Of a stretch of 64,000 bases of DNA, positions 21,321 to 31,652 are shown in pieces. Location of the stretch: contig JBMNFL010000001.1 of assembly GCA_050949315.1 (NCBI GenBank), positions 800,001 to 864,000 of the forward strand, given 5' to 3'. The DNA is from Bacilli bacterium. GTDB lineage: Bacteria; Bacillota_I; Bacilli_A; RFN20; UBA1709. The notes beneath the pieces are model-generated. The model was not told the DNA's origin, made no database searches, and worked only from the letters and a program-made list of their open reading frames with translations. Position 1 is the first letter of the stretch. Every line of letters starts with the position of its first letter. Made by a program: the position numbers and the translations under genes.

Positions 21321-21908
21321 GTGACCAATAAAAGAAAAAAGATTGATCTGAACATCGAAGAGTATCTAGAAGACATTGAAAATGTCAAACTTGAAATCTC
21401 AGATTTTCAGCGAAACAAAAAAGAATTAGAAGCTATTACTAAGAGCATACCCTTTGAAGATATTGATCAATATATGCTCGCTTTTCGCAAGTTCTTGCGC
21501 CTTTTAGAGTACCCATATGTAAAAATGCATCGCCGAGAAAAAGAAAGACTAATTGTCGCAAAAAATCACGAACTAAAACAAGAACTCTATTGGTTTTTAG
21601 ATGATACCGAACACCTTGCTGAAATTGAGTTAGAAAACTTCCAAACCTGGATCAATCACTTACGGCCAGTAGATGCTCATGTTGTTTATCCAGATTTTGA
21701 AGAAAACATCCCAAATAAATTAAGAAGACAAAGTAAAAAATATGGTTTTGATATTTTTGTTTACGATATCTTAATTGTAGAAGGGGCCAAAATGTTGAGT
21801 TTTTTAGAAACGATAATTGCTAAAGAAAAAGAATTGTTACGTAATATAAAAGCGATGATTAAATTAATTAAAGCCAGTCAAGAGGTTGAGACCCGCATTC
21901 TCAATTAA
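21321..21908 (+). CDS. Hypothetical protein
   Basis: ORF with ggagg RBS and GTG start. Confidence 0.7.
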   Translation: MTNKRKKIDLNIEEYLEDIENVKLEISDFQRNKKELEAITKSIPFEDIDQYMLAFRKFLRLLEYPYVKMHRREKERLIVAKNHELKQELYWFLDDTEHLAEIELENFQTWINHLRPVDAHVVYPDFEENIPNKLRRQSKKYGFDIFVYDILIVEGAKMLSFLETIIAKEKELLRNIKAMIKLIKASQEVETRILN

Positions 21909-21923
21909 AAAGGAAAGATAATT

Positions 21924-22412
21924 ATGTATCGAATCGGAAATTCTATTGATATTCATCCTTTAAGCAAAGGGGCAAAACTACGCATCGGCGGAGTAGAGGT
22001 TCCCGCGCCTTTTGGTTCTATCTCGCATTCTGATGGCGATGCCTTGAGTCATTCTATTGCCGAGGCAATTTTAGGGGCACTCGGTCAGGGAGATTTAGGG
22101 CAATCTTTTAGTGATAAAGATGAGAAGTATCGCGGGATAAGTTCGCTTTACTTTTTAAAGGTTTGCAAAGAAAAACTGGCAAACAGTGCTTACAAAATCA
22201 GCAATATTGATACGATGATTGTTCTAGAAGAGCCCAAACTTGGCAGTTACAAAGAAGCCGTTAGAGAAAGTGTAGCTAAAGCTTTAGGAATTGAAAAAGA
22301 AAAGGTCAATATCAAGGCTGGGACCAATGAAGGTATTGGCAGTATCGGTAATAAAAAAGCTTACCTTGTTTGGACGACGGTTTTGCTTGAAAAAGAGGAA
22401 GAGAATAAATGA
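21924..22412 (+). CDS. ispF: 2-C-methyl-D-erythritol 2,4-cyclodiphosphate synthase
   Basis: RIGNSIDIH, HSDGD, GDLG, NIKA. Confidence 0.92.
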   Translation: MYRIGNSIDIHPLSKGAKLRIGGVEVPAPFGSISHSDGDALSHSIAEAILGALGQGDLGQSFSDKDEKYRGISSLYFLKVCKEKLANSAYKISNIDTMIVLEEPKLGSYKEAVRESVAKALGIEKEKVNIKAGTNEGIGSIGNKKAYLVWTTVLLEKEEENK

Positions 22413-23629
22413 AATTTAAGAAATTGGCAAGAACGGAAGTTTTTAGGGATCCGGTCTATGGTTATGTCTATGTTGATTATCAAATCATCGTAGATTTAAT
22501 TAATACCAAAGAGATGCAACGGATGAAAAGAATCCACCAGTTAGGGGGAACGTTACAAGTCTTTTCTACAGCTGAACACTCTCGTTTTACGCATTCGTTA
22601 GGGACTTATGAAATCGCTCGTCGCATCCTCGAAAGTTCACAAGAAGTTCGCTCCAGTTTAAGCGAAGAAGAAGTGATTATTACTCTATGTGCGGCCTTGC
22701 TACACGACATTGGACATGGACCACTGTCTCACGCTTTTGAGATGATTCACCCCATTAAGCATGAGGATTATAGTTGTTTAATTATTACGGGAGACACCGA
22801 AGTAAATCGAGTCTTAAAAATGGCCGATAAAAATTTACCAGCCAAGATTGCTCAAGTTATAAACCACACTTATCCCAATCCTATTCCTGTTCAATTAATC
22901 TCTAGTCAGCTGGATGTTGATCGTTTAGACTTTTTGCTAAGAGATGCTTATTTTACAGGAACGCCTTACGGTCATATTGATTTAGATCGCTTGTTAAGAG
23001 GGATTACGGCTATTGAGGGGCGTTTAGTCTTTAAAGAGAACAATGTCTCTAATATTGAAAACATCATCCTTGGTCGTTACCACATGTATACCCAAGTCTA
23101 TTTCCATCCTGTGGCTTACTGCTATGAAGTCTTGGTGATGAGCACACTTAAACGTTACTTTGACTTGCTTAAAAGTGGATATCAATTTAAGCACCCCTAT
23201 ACTTATTTAGAGCCCCTTGCTAGCGGTGAGGTATTAGATCTAAAGACTTATATTACTTTGGATGATGGGGTTATTGGTTATTATATGCACACTTTCAGCG
23301 AAGAAGATGATCCAATTCTCGCGGATTTAAGTGAACGTGTTTTAAATCGCCATAATCTAAAATATAAGTACATTAAAACCGAAAAAGAGGTCGCGGCCAT
23401 TAAACAAAGTGTCATTCAAAAAGGCTATGACCCAGCCTATTATTTCCATTACGGAGAATTATCACAACAAGTTTATAAGAAATATGGTCGCAATGATGTC
23501 AATGCGATTCTTATTAAGAAAAAAGAGAGTGGAGAACTAGTCGAACTAAATAAAATATCACCCATTGTTAAGGTGATTGCCGCCAAAGACGTCACTAACG
23601 CGAATAGTAAAATAGTAGTTTACATTTAG
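22409..23629 (+). CDS. HD-domain phosphohydrolase (SAMHD1/YwfO-like dNTPase)
   Basis: RDPVYG, HSRFTHSLG, LLHDIGHGPLSH, DVDRLDFLLRD. Confidence 0.9.
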   Translation: MKFKKLARTEVFRDPVYGYVYVDYQIIVDLINTKEMQRMKRIHQLGGTLQVFSTAEHSRFTHSLGTYEIARRILESSQEVRSSLSEEEVIITLCAALLHDIGHGPLSHAFEMIHPIKHEDYSCLIITGDTEVNRVLKMADKNLPAKIAQVINHTYPNPIPVQLISSQLDVDRLDFLLRDAYFTGTPYGHIDLDRLLRGITAIEGRLVFKENNVSNIENIILGRYHMYTQVYFHPVAYCYEVLVMSTLKRYFDLLKSGYQFKHPYTYLEPLASGEVLDLKTYITLDDGVIGYYMHTFSEEDDPILADLSERVLNRHNLKYKYIKTEKEVAAIKQSVIQKGYDPAYYFHYGELSQQVYKKYGRNDVNAILIKKKESGELVELNKISPIVKVIAAKDVTNANSKIVVYI

Positions 23630-23705
23630 GAGGTAGAACCTCCTTTTTTAATTTTAAGGGCGGTTTTTAGATGATAAACAAGCAATAAAAGACCGAGAAA
23701 ATCAT

Positions 23706-23765
23706 ATGAAAGCGTTTCCAACCTTTTCCGCTCTTATTGAATTGACTATTAAAAAAGTTTATAAT
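23706..23765 (+). promoter_or_regulatory. cre-like site plus SigA promoter of the opp/ami operon
   Basis: ATGAAAGCGTTTCCA (23706-23720); TTGAAT-17 nt-TATAAT (23737-23765). Confidence 0.55.
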
Positions 23766-23815
23766 CAACTCAACCTATTAAAAATAGGTGGAAATTTAGA
23801 AAAGGAGGAAAACAC

Positions 23816-26005
23816 ATGAAAAAATCTAAATTTGGTTATTTAGTGCTTTTATCAGCTTTAGCTGTTATACTCGCTTCCTGTGGGAAGAAACCAAGCTCTT
23901 CCGCAGAGGTTCCATATACACGCGCTGATGAAGGCACTACATACACAGAAGCTTTAGGCGCGTATGAAGCCAAGCTTGATGCAGCACTTCAGGCAGATAC
24001 AGTCGACAAAAAATTTGTTCTCTATGCTCAAGCTGAAGCCTTATTACTAGAGTCTGCTGTTTTTGTTCCAACAACAACGGATGGCGGCGCCTATACGATT
24101 TCAAGAGTTGCTCCCAGAACAGTTCCTTATGTTCAATGGGGTAGTGACGCAGATCGCTTCAAAAGCATGGTCGCCACAAAGGGCTCAGGAAAAACAAGTT
24201 TTATTACGCATGCTCAAAGAAATCAGTTACTTGCTGCATGGCAAGCCGCAGTTGATAGTGGTGATCCCGCTGATTATGATCCTGCAACCATGTTGACAGG
24301 CTGGGGACACACACTAGCTACTGATTACAAACTTACCTTCAGTACAGGCCCAGTGACAATTGACATCGTCAATACTTCACATCAAACTGACAGTGAAATT
24401 CTAGTTAACTGTGTTGATGGTCTAGTTGAGTACAATGGTCTAAGCCAATTAAAACCAGCGATTGCCAAAGATTGGGTAGTTTCTGATGGTGGTAAGAAGT
24501 ATACTTTCAATCTCAGAGAAGATGCCTATTGGTACAAATCAACTGGTGAAGTCTATTCACAGGTCAAAGCTGAAGACTTTGTAGCTGGCTTCCAGCACAT
24601 GCTTGATGCCAAGGCGGGTCTAGAATGGTTAGTTGAAGGCGTTGTTAAAGGCGTTTCCGAATACCTAGAAACAGATGGTAAGGGTGATAGTCCAACATTT
24701 GCCAACGTCGGTTATAAAGTTGGAGCCAATGCTCATCAATTAGTCATTGAACTAGAGCGTGAGACTTCTTACTTCCCAACAATGTTAACCTATTCTTGCT
24801 TCATGCCAATTTGTAAACAATACTTCGAAGCGGTTGGTGGAGTCTATGGTGTTGACAAATATGCAAATCGTGACACCGCTACGTACAAATTCGGTCTTGC
24901 TACCGATGTTACCAGCAACGTTTACAACGGTGCTTATCGTTTAACAAAGTTAACAGACAAGTCCGAGATTAAAATTGAAAAGACCGGAACAGCTGAAAAA
25001 CCATATTATGATGAAGCTGATCGTCGCATGGACTCTGTAACCTGGGTTTATGACGATGGACAAACCCCACTACAAACATACCAATCTGTAGTTGATGGTA
25101 CATATGCTGGAATTGGTTTGAGCAAATCACTTGGAACAATTGAAAAAGCCCAAACCGACGGATTCTTCGGCACCAAGAAAGCCGATGGTACCTATGATAT
25201 TACAAGCGAAGGAAGCTATGTCTATATCTCTGACACCACTTCTACATCCTTCTTTGGTGGTCTAAACGTTGCTAGAGGAACGTTTGAACTCACTAATGGC
25301 AATGCTAAATCACCTAAGGATGGTCAAGCCAAGGTAGATACCGCCAAAGCTTTATTGAATAAGAACTTCCGTAAGGCTATTGCCTATGCTTGGGATAGAA
25401 CAACTTGGAATGGCGTAACCAGAGGAGCGGAATTAGCTAAGACCAACTTAAGAAATATGTATGTTCACCCAGAGTTCGTTAGATTAGAAGGCGAAGTTGT
25501 CGCCGCGGCTGACGCAACCAACAAATTCTTTGCTCATACTTTTGCAGCCGGAACTGCTTATGGCGAAATGGTTCAACAATATCTAGAAGATCTAGGTAGT
25601 CATATTCAGGTTGCTGATAAGGAAGATGGTTGGTACAACTTAGATGTGGCCAAAGCAAGAATGTACGATGCTATGCAAGAATTAGGAACAACCGTTTCCT
25701 ATCCAATTCAACTAGATGTCGTTTACTACTCTCCGAATTCAGGTAATACCGCTCAAGCTCAGTCATTCAAGCAACTAATTGAAGGTGCTTTAGGTGCCGA
25801 TAAGGTTCAAGTTAACCTAGTTGAAACCGCAACAACTGATGATTTCTATGCTTGTGGTTATAGAGCTCCAGATGGTGCTTCTGGCAACTTTGATATCTTC
25901 TACGGTTCTGGTTGGGGACCAGACTATGGCGATCCTTCAACCTACCTTGATACCTTCAGAGGTAACGGCGAAGGCTACATGACAAAAGTCATCGGTCTAT
26001 TCTAA
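23816..26005 (+). CDS. oppA: Oligopeptide-binding lipoprotein, AmiA/AliA type, circularly permuted
   Basis: Lipobox LASC; SBP family 5 core (DGLVEY..LKPAIAKDW..YTFNLR); WGPDYGDPSTYLD at the very C-terminus. Confidence 0.9.
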   Translation: MKKSKFGYLVLLSALAVILASCGKKPSSSAEVPYTRADEGTTYTEALGAYEAKLDAALQADTVDKKFVLYAQAEALLLESAVFVPTTTDGGAYTISRVAPRTVPYVQWGSDADRFKSMVATKGSGKTSFITHAQRNQLLAAWQAAVDSGDPADYDPATMLTGWGHTLATDYKLTFSTGPVTIDIVNTSHQTDSEILVNCVDGLVEYNGLSQLKPAIAKDWVVSDGGKKYTFNLREDAYWYKSTGEVYSQVKAEDFVAGFQHMLDAKAGLEWLVEGVVKGVSEYLETDGKGDSPTFANVGYKVGANAHQLVIELERETSYFPTMLTYSCFMPICKQYFEAVGGVYGVDKYANRDTATYKFGLATDVTSNVYNGAYRLTKLTDKSEIKIEKTGTAEKPYYDEADRRMDSVTWVYDDGQTPLQTYQSVVDGTYAGIGLSKSLGTIEKAQTDGFFGTKKADGTYDITSEGSYVYISDTTSTSFFGGLNVARGTFELTNGNAKSPKDGQAKVDTAKALLNKNFRKAIAYAWDRTTWNGVTRGAELAKTNLRNMYVHPEFVRLEGEVVAAADATNKFFAHTFAAGTAYGEMVQQYLEDLGSHIQVADKEDGWYNLDVAKARMYDAMQELGTTVSYPIQLDVVYYSPNSGNTAQAQSFKQLIEGALGADKVQVNLVETATTDDFYACGYRAPDGASGNFDIFYGSGWGPDYGDPSTYLDTFRGNGEGYMTKVIGLF

Positions 26006-26057
26006 TATTCAAAACATTCAATGAATTTTGATTATTATAATTTAGACTAGTTACACA

Positions 26058-26101
26058 CATATAGGAGGACATGGTTATTTGCTACTATGCCCTCCTTATG
26101 T
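26058..26101 (+). promoter_or_regulatory. Stem-loop after oppA (partial terminator or mRNA stabiliser)
   Basis: cata-taggagg-acatggt...actatg-ccctcct-tatg imperfect inverted repeat. Confidence 0.45.
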
Positions 26102-26213
26102 TCGTTAAATAGTAAAAATAAAGAAACAATAGATAGGCTATTTTAATCTTGAAAAGAATAGTTGGAAGTCTATTTTTCTCAAGATTATTAAATACCAAAA
26201 GGAGATGGTATAG

Positions 26214-27815
26214 ATGAAGAAGTACTTATTTAAAAGAATCTTATTCTCTATTTTCTCATTGTTGGCGGTTGTTTGTATCGTGATGATTTTGGTTTACTCT
26301 TTGATCGACAGAAAAGTTATTTTCCAAAACGACGATGCTTGGAACAAGCGCTCAGCTAATGATAGAACAATGTATGAGTACAATAAATGGGCAAAATATG
26401 ATTATCTAGATTATGAAGAGTATAATGCATTTTTACTCACAAAGTTTAAAGCTGAATATGGCGAGGATTATGCTGATAATCCAACCATAAAGGCCAAATA
26501 TGACCAAGCATTAGGCTCAATAAATGCCGCCGTTTATAAAGACGTTGATGATATCAATAATGATTATGTCAAGCAGTTTTTGGCTGAATATAGATCCAAA
26601 AAGTATGAAATAGTTTATATGCCAAGGGTTGAATATAGTGGTGGACGAGTTGCTAAAGGAGGCACGGCTCGTTTAATTGCCGTTCATCAAAAGAGCGTTT
26701 TTATTCGCTTGTTTAATTTCCTTGGTCAAATGGTAACTTTTGAAACAGTTAATGATGTTAAAGATCCTAATTTAACTGATCGCTATGTTAAAGTTGTTTG
26801 GGACGATATGTCCAATATGCCGGCCTTAGTCGGCTCAGGGACAACTCATAAATATCTAATTTATTTTGATGATAGTTTTCCTTATATTCACCAGAATATA
26901 GTTCATTTTGGCTTAGGTGTTTCTTCCACTCAATATGAAGGTTCTCCGATTGTCGAAGGCGTTATGGGAAAAGCGACAGGTGATTACATTTATCGCGATC
27001 AAGAATATCCTGCTCAAATAGGAACGGGAATTAAAAGTAATAATGCTTATGATTTCCACACAGTTACTTATTCTCCGATTTTTTCAGAGTTTGAAGAAGG
27101 AAAATATAACGATAATTATACTCAACCAAGCGCAAGGATAGGCGGACTGACAAGAATTGGCAATTCCTTTGTTATTGGTATTATTGCTACCATTGTTGCC
27201 TATATCTTTGGCCTTCCAATTGGAATCTTTATGGCTCTAAAGAAAGATAAATTGGTTGATAAATTAGGGATGATGTATATTATCTTTATTATGGCCGTTC
27301 CATCGCTAGCATATATCTTCATTTTCTCTACAATTGGCACAACCTTATTTAAATTACCTTATAAATTTGCTAACGCACAGGTGCCGATTCTGGCGTATAT
27401 TTTACCGACTATCTCTTTGGCCTTACCATCTATCGGTGGATTGATGAAGTGGATGCGTCGTTATATGATTGACCAGATGAATAGTGATTATGTTAAATTT
27501 GCTAGGGCTGAAGGCTTGAGTGAAAGAGAAATTTTCTCTAAACACATTTCTAAAAACGCGATGATTTATCTCGTGCATGGTATTCCAGCCAGTATTTTAT
27601 TTTGTTTAACAGGAGCCATTATTACCGAGTCGGTTTATGGTGTGCCAGGTATTGGTCGAATATTAACCGATGCTATCACATTCCATGATAATGGCTTAAT
27701 TGTCGCGGTAACGGTGTTCTACACTTTCCTTTCAATAGTGGCCTTAATTTTAGGTGATCTTTTGTTAGCAAAATACGATCCTCGTGTTTCTTTCACCGAG
27801 AAAGGAGGTCGTTAG
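26214..27815 (+). CDS. oppB: Oligopeptide ABC permease with large external loop (AmiC type)
   Basis: DYVKFARAEGLSE EAA loop, TESVYGVPGIG, DPRV. Confidence 0.92.
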   Translation: MKKYLFKRILFSIFSLLAVVCIVMILVYSLIDRKVIFQNDDAWNKRSANDRTMYEYNKWAKYDYLDYEEYNAFLLTKFKAEYGEDYADNPTIKAKYDQALGSINAAVYKDVDDINNDYVKQFLAEYRSKKYEIVYMPRVEYSGGRVAKGGTARLIAVHQKSVFIRLFNFLGQMVTFETVNDVKDPNLTDRYVKVVWDDMSNMPALVGSGTTHKYLIYFDDSFPYIHQNIVHFGLGVSSTQYEGSPIVEGVMGKATGDYIYRDQEYPAQIGTGIKSNNAYDFHTVTYSPIFSEFEEGKYNDNYTQPSARIGGLTRIGNSFVIGIIATIVAYIFGLPIGIFMALKKDKLVDKLGMMYIIFIMAVPSLAYIFIFSTIGTTLFKLPYKFANAQVPILAYILPTISLALPSIGGLMKWMRRYMIDQMNSDYVKFARAEGLSEREIFSKHISKNAMIYLVHGIPASILFCLTGAIITESVYGVPGIGRILTDAITFHDNGLIVAVTVFYTFLSIVALILGDLLLAKYDPRVSFTEKGGR

Positions 27816-27816
27816 T

Positions 27817-28836
27817 ATGCTAAAAGACAAAAAAACAAAGGATACACCAAAAGAAGTTAAGGTGGTAAAAAGAAGTAGAAAACCTAGGGTTGTCAAAGAA
27901 GATGATTTATTTTATTTCATTGATAGCGACACTATAAAATCAGAAAAAATTACCGCGCCGCGTTACTCTTATTGGCGCTCGGTATTTAAAGTATTCTTTA
28001 AGAAAAAAACTAATATTGTCCTTTTATCTTCTTTGATATTAATGATTCTTGTGGCATTAATATTCCCATTGTTTTGTCCTTATAATCCAAATGAAAACGT
28101 TAATCTAACAGATTCTTACAATCAAAGTCCAGCAGCGGCGATGAATATGTTTGGTGGTTTTTCTTTGAAATATCTTTTGGGAACAGGTTCCATAGGCAAT
28201 TCGATTTTTTATGGTATTTGGGCTTCAACACAGACATCAATTTTACTAGCTATTGTTTGTGCAACCATCAACATGACAGTGGGCATTATTTTAGGCGCTG
28301 TTTGGGGTTATTCGAAAAAATTCGATGCCGTTATGATGGTTATTTATAATATTGTCGCCAATGTTCCCTATATTTTAGTTGTTTCTGTCTTAGTTTATGT
28401 CATCGGCAGTGGCTTCTGGTCTTTTGTACTAGCCATGACAATGACAGGCTGGATGGGCATTGCCTATTTCTTTAGAACACAGGTCATTATTATTCGTGAC
28501 CGAGAATATAACCTCGCTTCTAAATGTTTAGGAACGCCAATTGTTCGGGTAGTAACCAAGAACGTTCTTCCATTCTTAACTTCGGTTATTGTCACAATAT
28601 TAGCTAGTGAACTACCATCTTACATTGGAGCTGAAGTGTTCTTATCATACATTGGTATTGGTTTAAGCGCCACGGTGCCTTCCTTAGGGCGGATGATTCA
28701 AGAAGCCCAAACGGCCTTTATCATGTTCCCGTGGGCCTTTTGGCCGCCTGTTGCCATCGCTTCGATTGTAACGATTATCTTGTATGTCGTAGGTCAGAAT
28801 CTTGCTGATGCTTCTGATCCAAGGACACATATGTAG
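27817..28836 (+). CDS. oppC: Oligopeptide ABC permease (AmiD type)
   Basis: SYWRSVFK, REYNLASKCLGT, PSLGRMI. Confidence 0.92.
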   Translation: MLKDKKTKDTPKEVKVVKRSRKPRVVKEDDLFYFIDSDTIKSEKITAPRYSYWRSVFKVFFKKKTNIVLLSSLILMILVALIFPLFCPYNPNENVNLTDSYNQSPAAAMNMFGGFSLKYLLGTGSIGNSIFYGIWASTQTSILLAIVCATINMTVGIILGAVWGYSKKFDAVMMVIYNIVANVPYILVVSVLVYVIGSGFWSFVLAMTMTGWMGIAYFFRTQVIIIRDREYNLASKCLGTPIVRVVTKNVLPFLTSVIVTILASELPSYIGAEVFLSYIGIGLSATVPSLGRMIQEAQTAFIMFPWAFWPPVAIASIVTIILYVVGQNLADASDPRTHM

Positions 28837-28848
28837 GGGGTGCGTAAA

Positions 28849-30660
28849 ATGGAAGAAAAGAAAGTTTTACTTAACCTCAGACACGTAGATGTCAAGTTCA
28901 ATGTTCGGGGTCGTATTCTAACAGCGATTCGTGACGTGACTTTACAGGTATATGAAAATGAATCTTTAGCCATTGTTGGTGAGTCAGGTTCAGGGAAATC
29001 GGTTTTAACCAAAACCTTTGCCGGTATGCTGGATTCCAATGGCTTTATCAGCCATGGGACTATCATTTTTAAAGATGATGAAATTTCTAAAACCTCGGTA
29101 GAGATGGATAAAATAAATACCCTTATTTATCAAAAAATATTAAAGAAAATCAATCTTTATTCAACCTATGAACGAGGAGGCGCTGAGTATAAGGCGATTG
29201 AAAAACTCAAAGAGGAAATTTTACAGGCTCAAAGTTTAAGTGCGGAAGAACTTGAAAAATATGCTGAAACCAATAAAGAAATCAGTGACGAATTGATTGA
29301 TTTAAGGAATTATATGGATACCCTATCGCGAAGGGATGAACACGATGCTTTAGAGTTAGAAGAATCGCAGGAACGTTTTAAAGAACTAATTGCTCAACAG
29401 CAGGAATTAGAAAAAGAACGCGATGAAAAAGTTGCTAAACGCAAGGCTGATTATGAGGCCAATACGCAGTTAAAGGCTGAACATCAACAAAGATTACACG
29501 AACTTGAAGAAGCCCGTCGCTTAAAAATCGCTGGCGATGACTTGGAAGATAATGGCAATCCTTATAAGTTGAGTGATACCATTATTAAACGTAATGATAT
29601 TTGGGCCAAAGAGGTTGTTTTATCTATTGGCCGTTATCCTATTTATACAAAAATTCGCTTTTATTTTAAACTTTCTAAAGCCTTCAAAGAGGCTTTAACC
29701 AAGGGCACAGATTTTAGTAAAGAAAAAAGAGTTAATCGCATTTTTGAGAACGCGACTTTTAGGGTGCAATATCAAGGTTGTAGTGAGGATGGTAAGACTC
29801 TGCATGGCTATGCCATCATTGACTGTGCCAAGATTAAATACGCCAAAGACTGGCAAAGAATCAGAGGTCGTAGGATTGCTACCATATTCCAAGACCCCAT
29901 GACTTCACTAAACCCAGTTATCCCTATTGGTAAGCAAATTATTACCATTATTCTCAAGCATCAAAAGTGTGGTTATTCAGAGGCAAAACAACGAGCTTTA
30001 GAAATTATGCAAGATGTGGGCATTCCTGATCCAAAAGGCCGCTTCAATGATTATCCTTTCCAATATTCAGGCGGTATGCGTCAGAGAATAGTTATTGCGA
30101 TTGCACTATCTTGTCAACCGAAGATTTTGATTTGTGACGAACCAACGACCGCACTTGATGTCACCATTCAAGCACAAATTATTCGCTTGATTAAGGACTT
30201 GCAGAAAAAGTTTGGCTTTACAACTGTTTATATTACCCATGACTTGGGCGTTGTAGCTAACGTAGCGGAAAGAGTCGCGGTTTTATATGCGGGACAAATT
30301 GTAGAAATTGGTTCAGTAGAAGACATTTTCTATAATCCTAAACACCCCTATACCTGGGCGCTTCTTTCCTCGCTTCCCCAATTATCGGAACGCGGTAAAG
30401 AACTTTATTCAATTCCTGGAACCCCACCATCACTTTATAACAAAATTGTTGGTGATGCTTTTGCCTTGAGAAGTCAATATGCGCTGGCCATAGATTTAGT
30501 TAAAGAAGCTCCGATGATGGAAGTTAGTGAGGGGCACTTTGCTAAAACTTGGCTTTTAGATCCACGGGCTCCGAAAGTTGAAGCACCCGAAAATATTCAA
30601 AATCTCCATGAAAAAATGCTCAAAGTTCACGCCGGTTTTGAAGATGAGGAGGCCTTATAA
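28849..30660 (+). CDS. oppD: Oligopeptide ABC ATPase with a long coiled-coil insertion
   Basis: [34 protein letters not shown]. Confidence 0.92.
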   Translation: MEEKKVLLNLRHVDVKFNVRGRILTAIRDVTLQVYENESLAIVGESGSGKSVLTKTFAGMLDSNGFISHGTIIFKDDEISKTSVEMDKINTLIYQKILKKINLYSTYERGGAEYKAIEKLKEEILQAQSLSAEELEKYAETNKEISDELIDLRNYMDTLSRRDEHDALELEESQERFKELIAQQQELEKERDEKVAKRKADYEANTQLKAEHQQRLHELEEARRLKIAGDDLEDNGNPYKLSDTIIKRNDIWAKEVVLSIGRYPIYTKIRFYFKLSKAFKEALTKGTDFSKEKRVNRIFENATFRVQYQGCSEDGKTLHGYAIIDCAKIKYAKDWQRIRGRRIATIFQDPMTSLNPVIPIGKQIITIILKHQKCGYSEAKQRALEIMQDVGIPDPKGRFNDYPFQYSGGMRQRIVIAIALSCQPKILICDEPTTALDVTIQAQIIRLIKDLQKKFGFTTVYITHDLGVVANVAERVAVLYAGQIVEIGSVEDIFYNPKHPYTWALLSSLPQLSERGKELYSIPGTPPSLYNKIVGDAFALRSQYALAIDLVKEAPMMEVSEGHFAKTWLLDPRAPKVEAPENIQNLHEKMLKVHAGFEDEEAL

Positions 30661-31613
30661 TGGAACAAGAAAAAAGAGAAATAGTTTTACAGGTTAAAAA
30701 CATTGATATTGTTTTTGGCAGTGGGAAAAATGCCTTTAAGGCCATTGATAATGTTTCTTTTGATATTTATAAAGGGGAAACCTTAGCGTTAGTTGGAGAA
30801 TCAGGTTCGGGTAAGACCACCATTGGACGAGCCATCGTCCGAATCAATCCATTAGCCGCGGGCGAAATTCTTTATAAAGGTGAACGCATTTCGGGTAGAT
30901 TATCTAAAGGAAAAGACCGTGAAGTAATTCGTAAATTACAGATGATTTTCCAAGATCCTGCCGCCTCTTTAAATGAGCGGGCGACAATTGAATACATTAT
31001 TTCTGAAGGTCTTTATAACTTCCGCCTTTTTAAGGATGAAAAAGAAAGAATTGAAAAAATTGAAAACATTATTAGAGAAGTTGGCTTGTTGCCTGAGCAT
31101 TTAACAAGATATCCTCACGAATTTTCGGGTGGTCAAAGACAAAGAATTGGTATTGCTAGATCTATTGTTATGGAACCCGAGTTTATCGTGGCTGATGAAC
31201 CGATATCCGCTTTGGATGTTTCTATTAGAGCCCAAGTTTTAAATTTATTAAGGAAATTCCAAATTGAAAGAGATTTAACCTATTTATTTATCGCCCACGA
31301 TCTTTCTATCGTTCGTTTTATCAGTGATCGTATTATCGTTATCTATAAGGGTAAATTAATGGAAATTGCCGAAACCGAAGAACTTTTCAAATATCCTTTG
31401 CACCCCTATACTAGATCTTTAATCTCTGCGATTCCGGTTCCTGATCCCATCATTGAAAAGAGCAAAAAACTCTTTGTCTATGATCCCAGTCTTCATGATT
31501 ATAGTTCTTCTAAACCGGAACTAGTTGATATTGGTGGCGGACACTTTGTCTATGGTAATGAAGAAGAAATTGCTAGATACAAAGCTTGGCGTTTTAGAAA
31601 AGAGGCTAAATAA
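30660..31613 (+). CDS. oppF: Oligopeptide ABC ATPase
   Basis: [27 protein letters not shown]. Confidence 0.94.
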   Translation: MEQEKREIVLQVKNIDIVFGSGKNAFKAIDNVSFDIYKGETLALVGESGSGKTTIGRAIVRINPLAAGEILYKGERISGRLSKGKDREVIRKLQMIFQDPAASLNERATIEYIISEGLYNFRLFKDEKERIEKIENIIREVGLLPEHLTRYPHEFSGGQRQRIGIARSIVMEPEFIVADEPISALDVSIRAQVLNLLRKFQIERDLTYLFIAHDLSIVRFISDRIIVIYKGKLMEIAETEELFKYPLHPYTRSLISAIPVPDPIIEKSKKLFVYDPSLHDYSSSKPELVDIGGGHFVYGNEEEIARYKAWRFRKEAK

Positions 31614-31652
31614 CTAATCTCGTGATTAGTTATTTTTACGGAGTGAGCAGAA

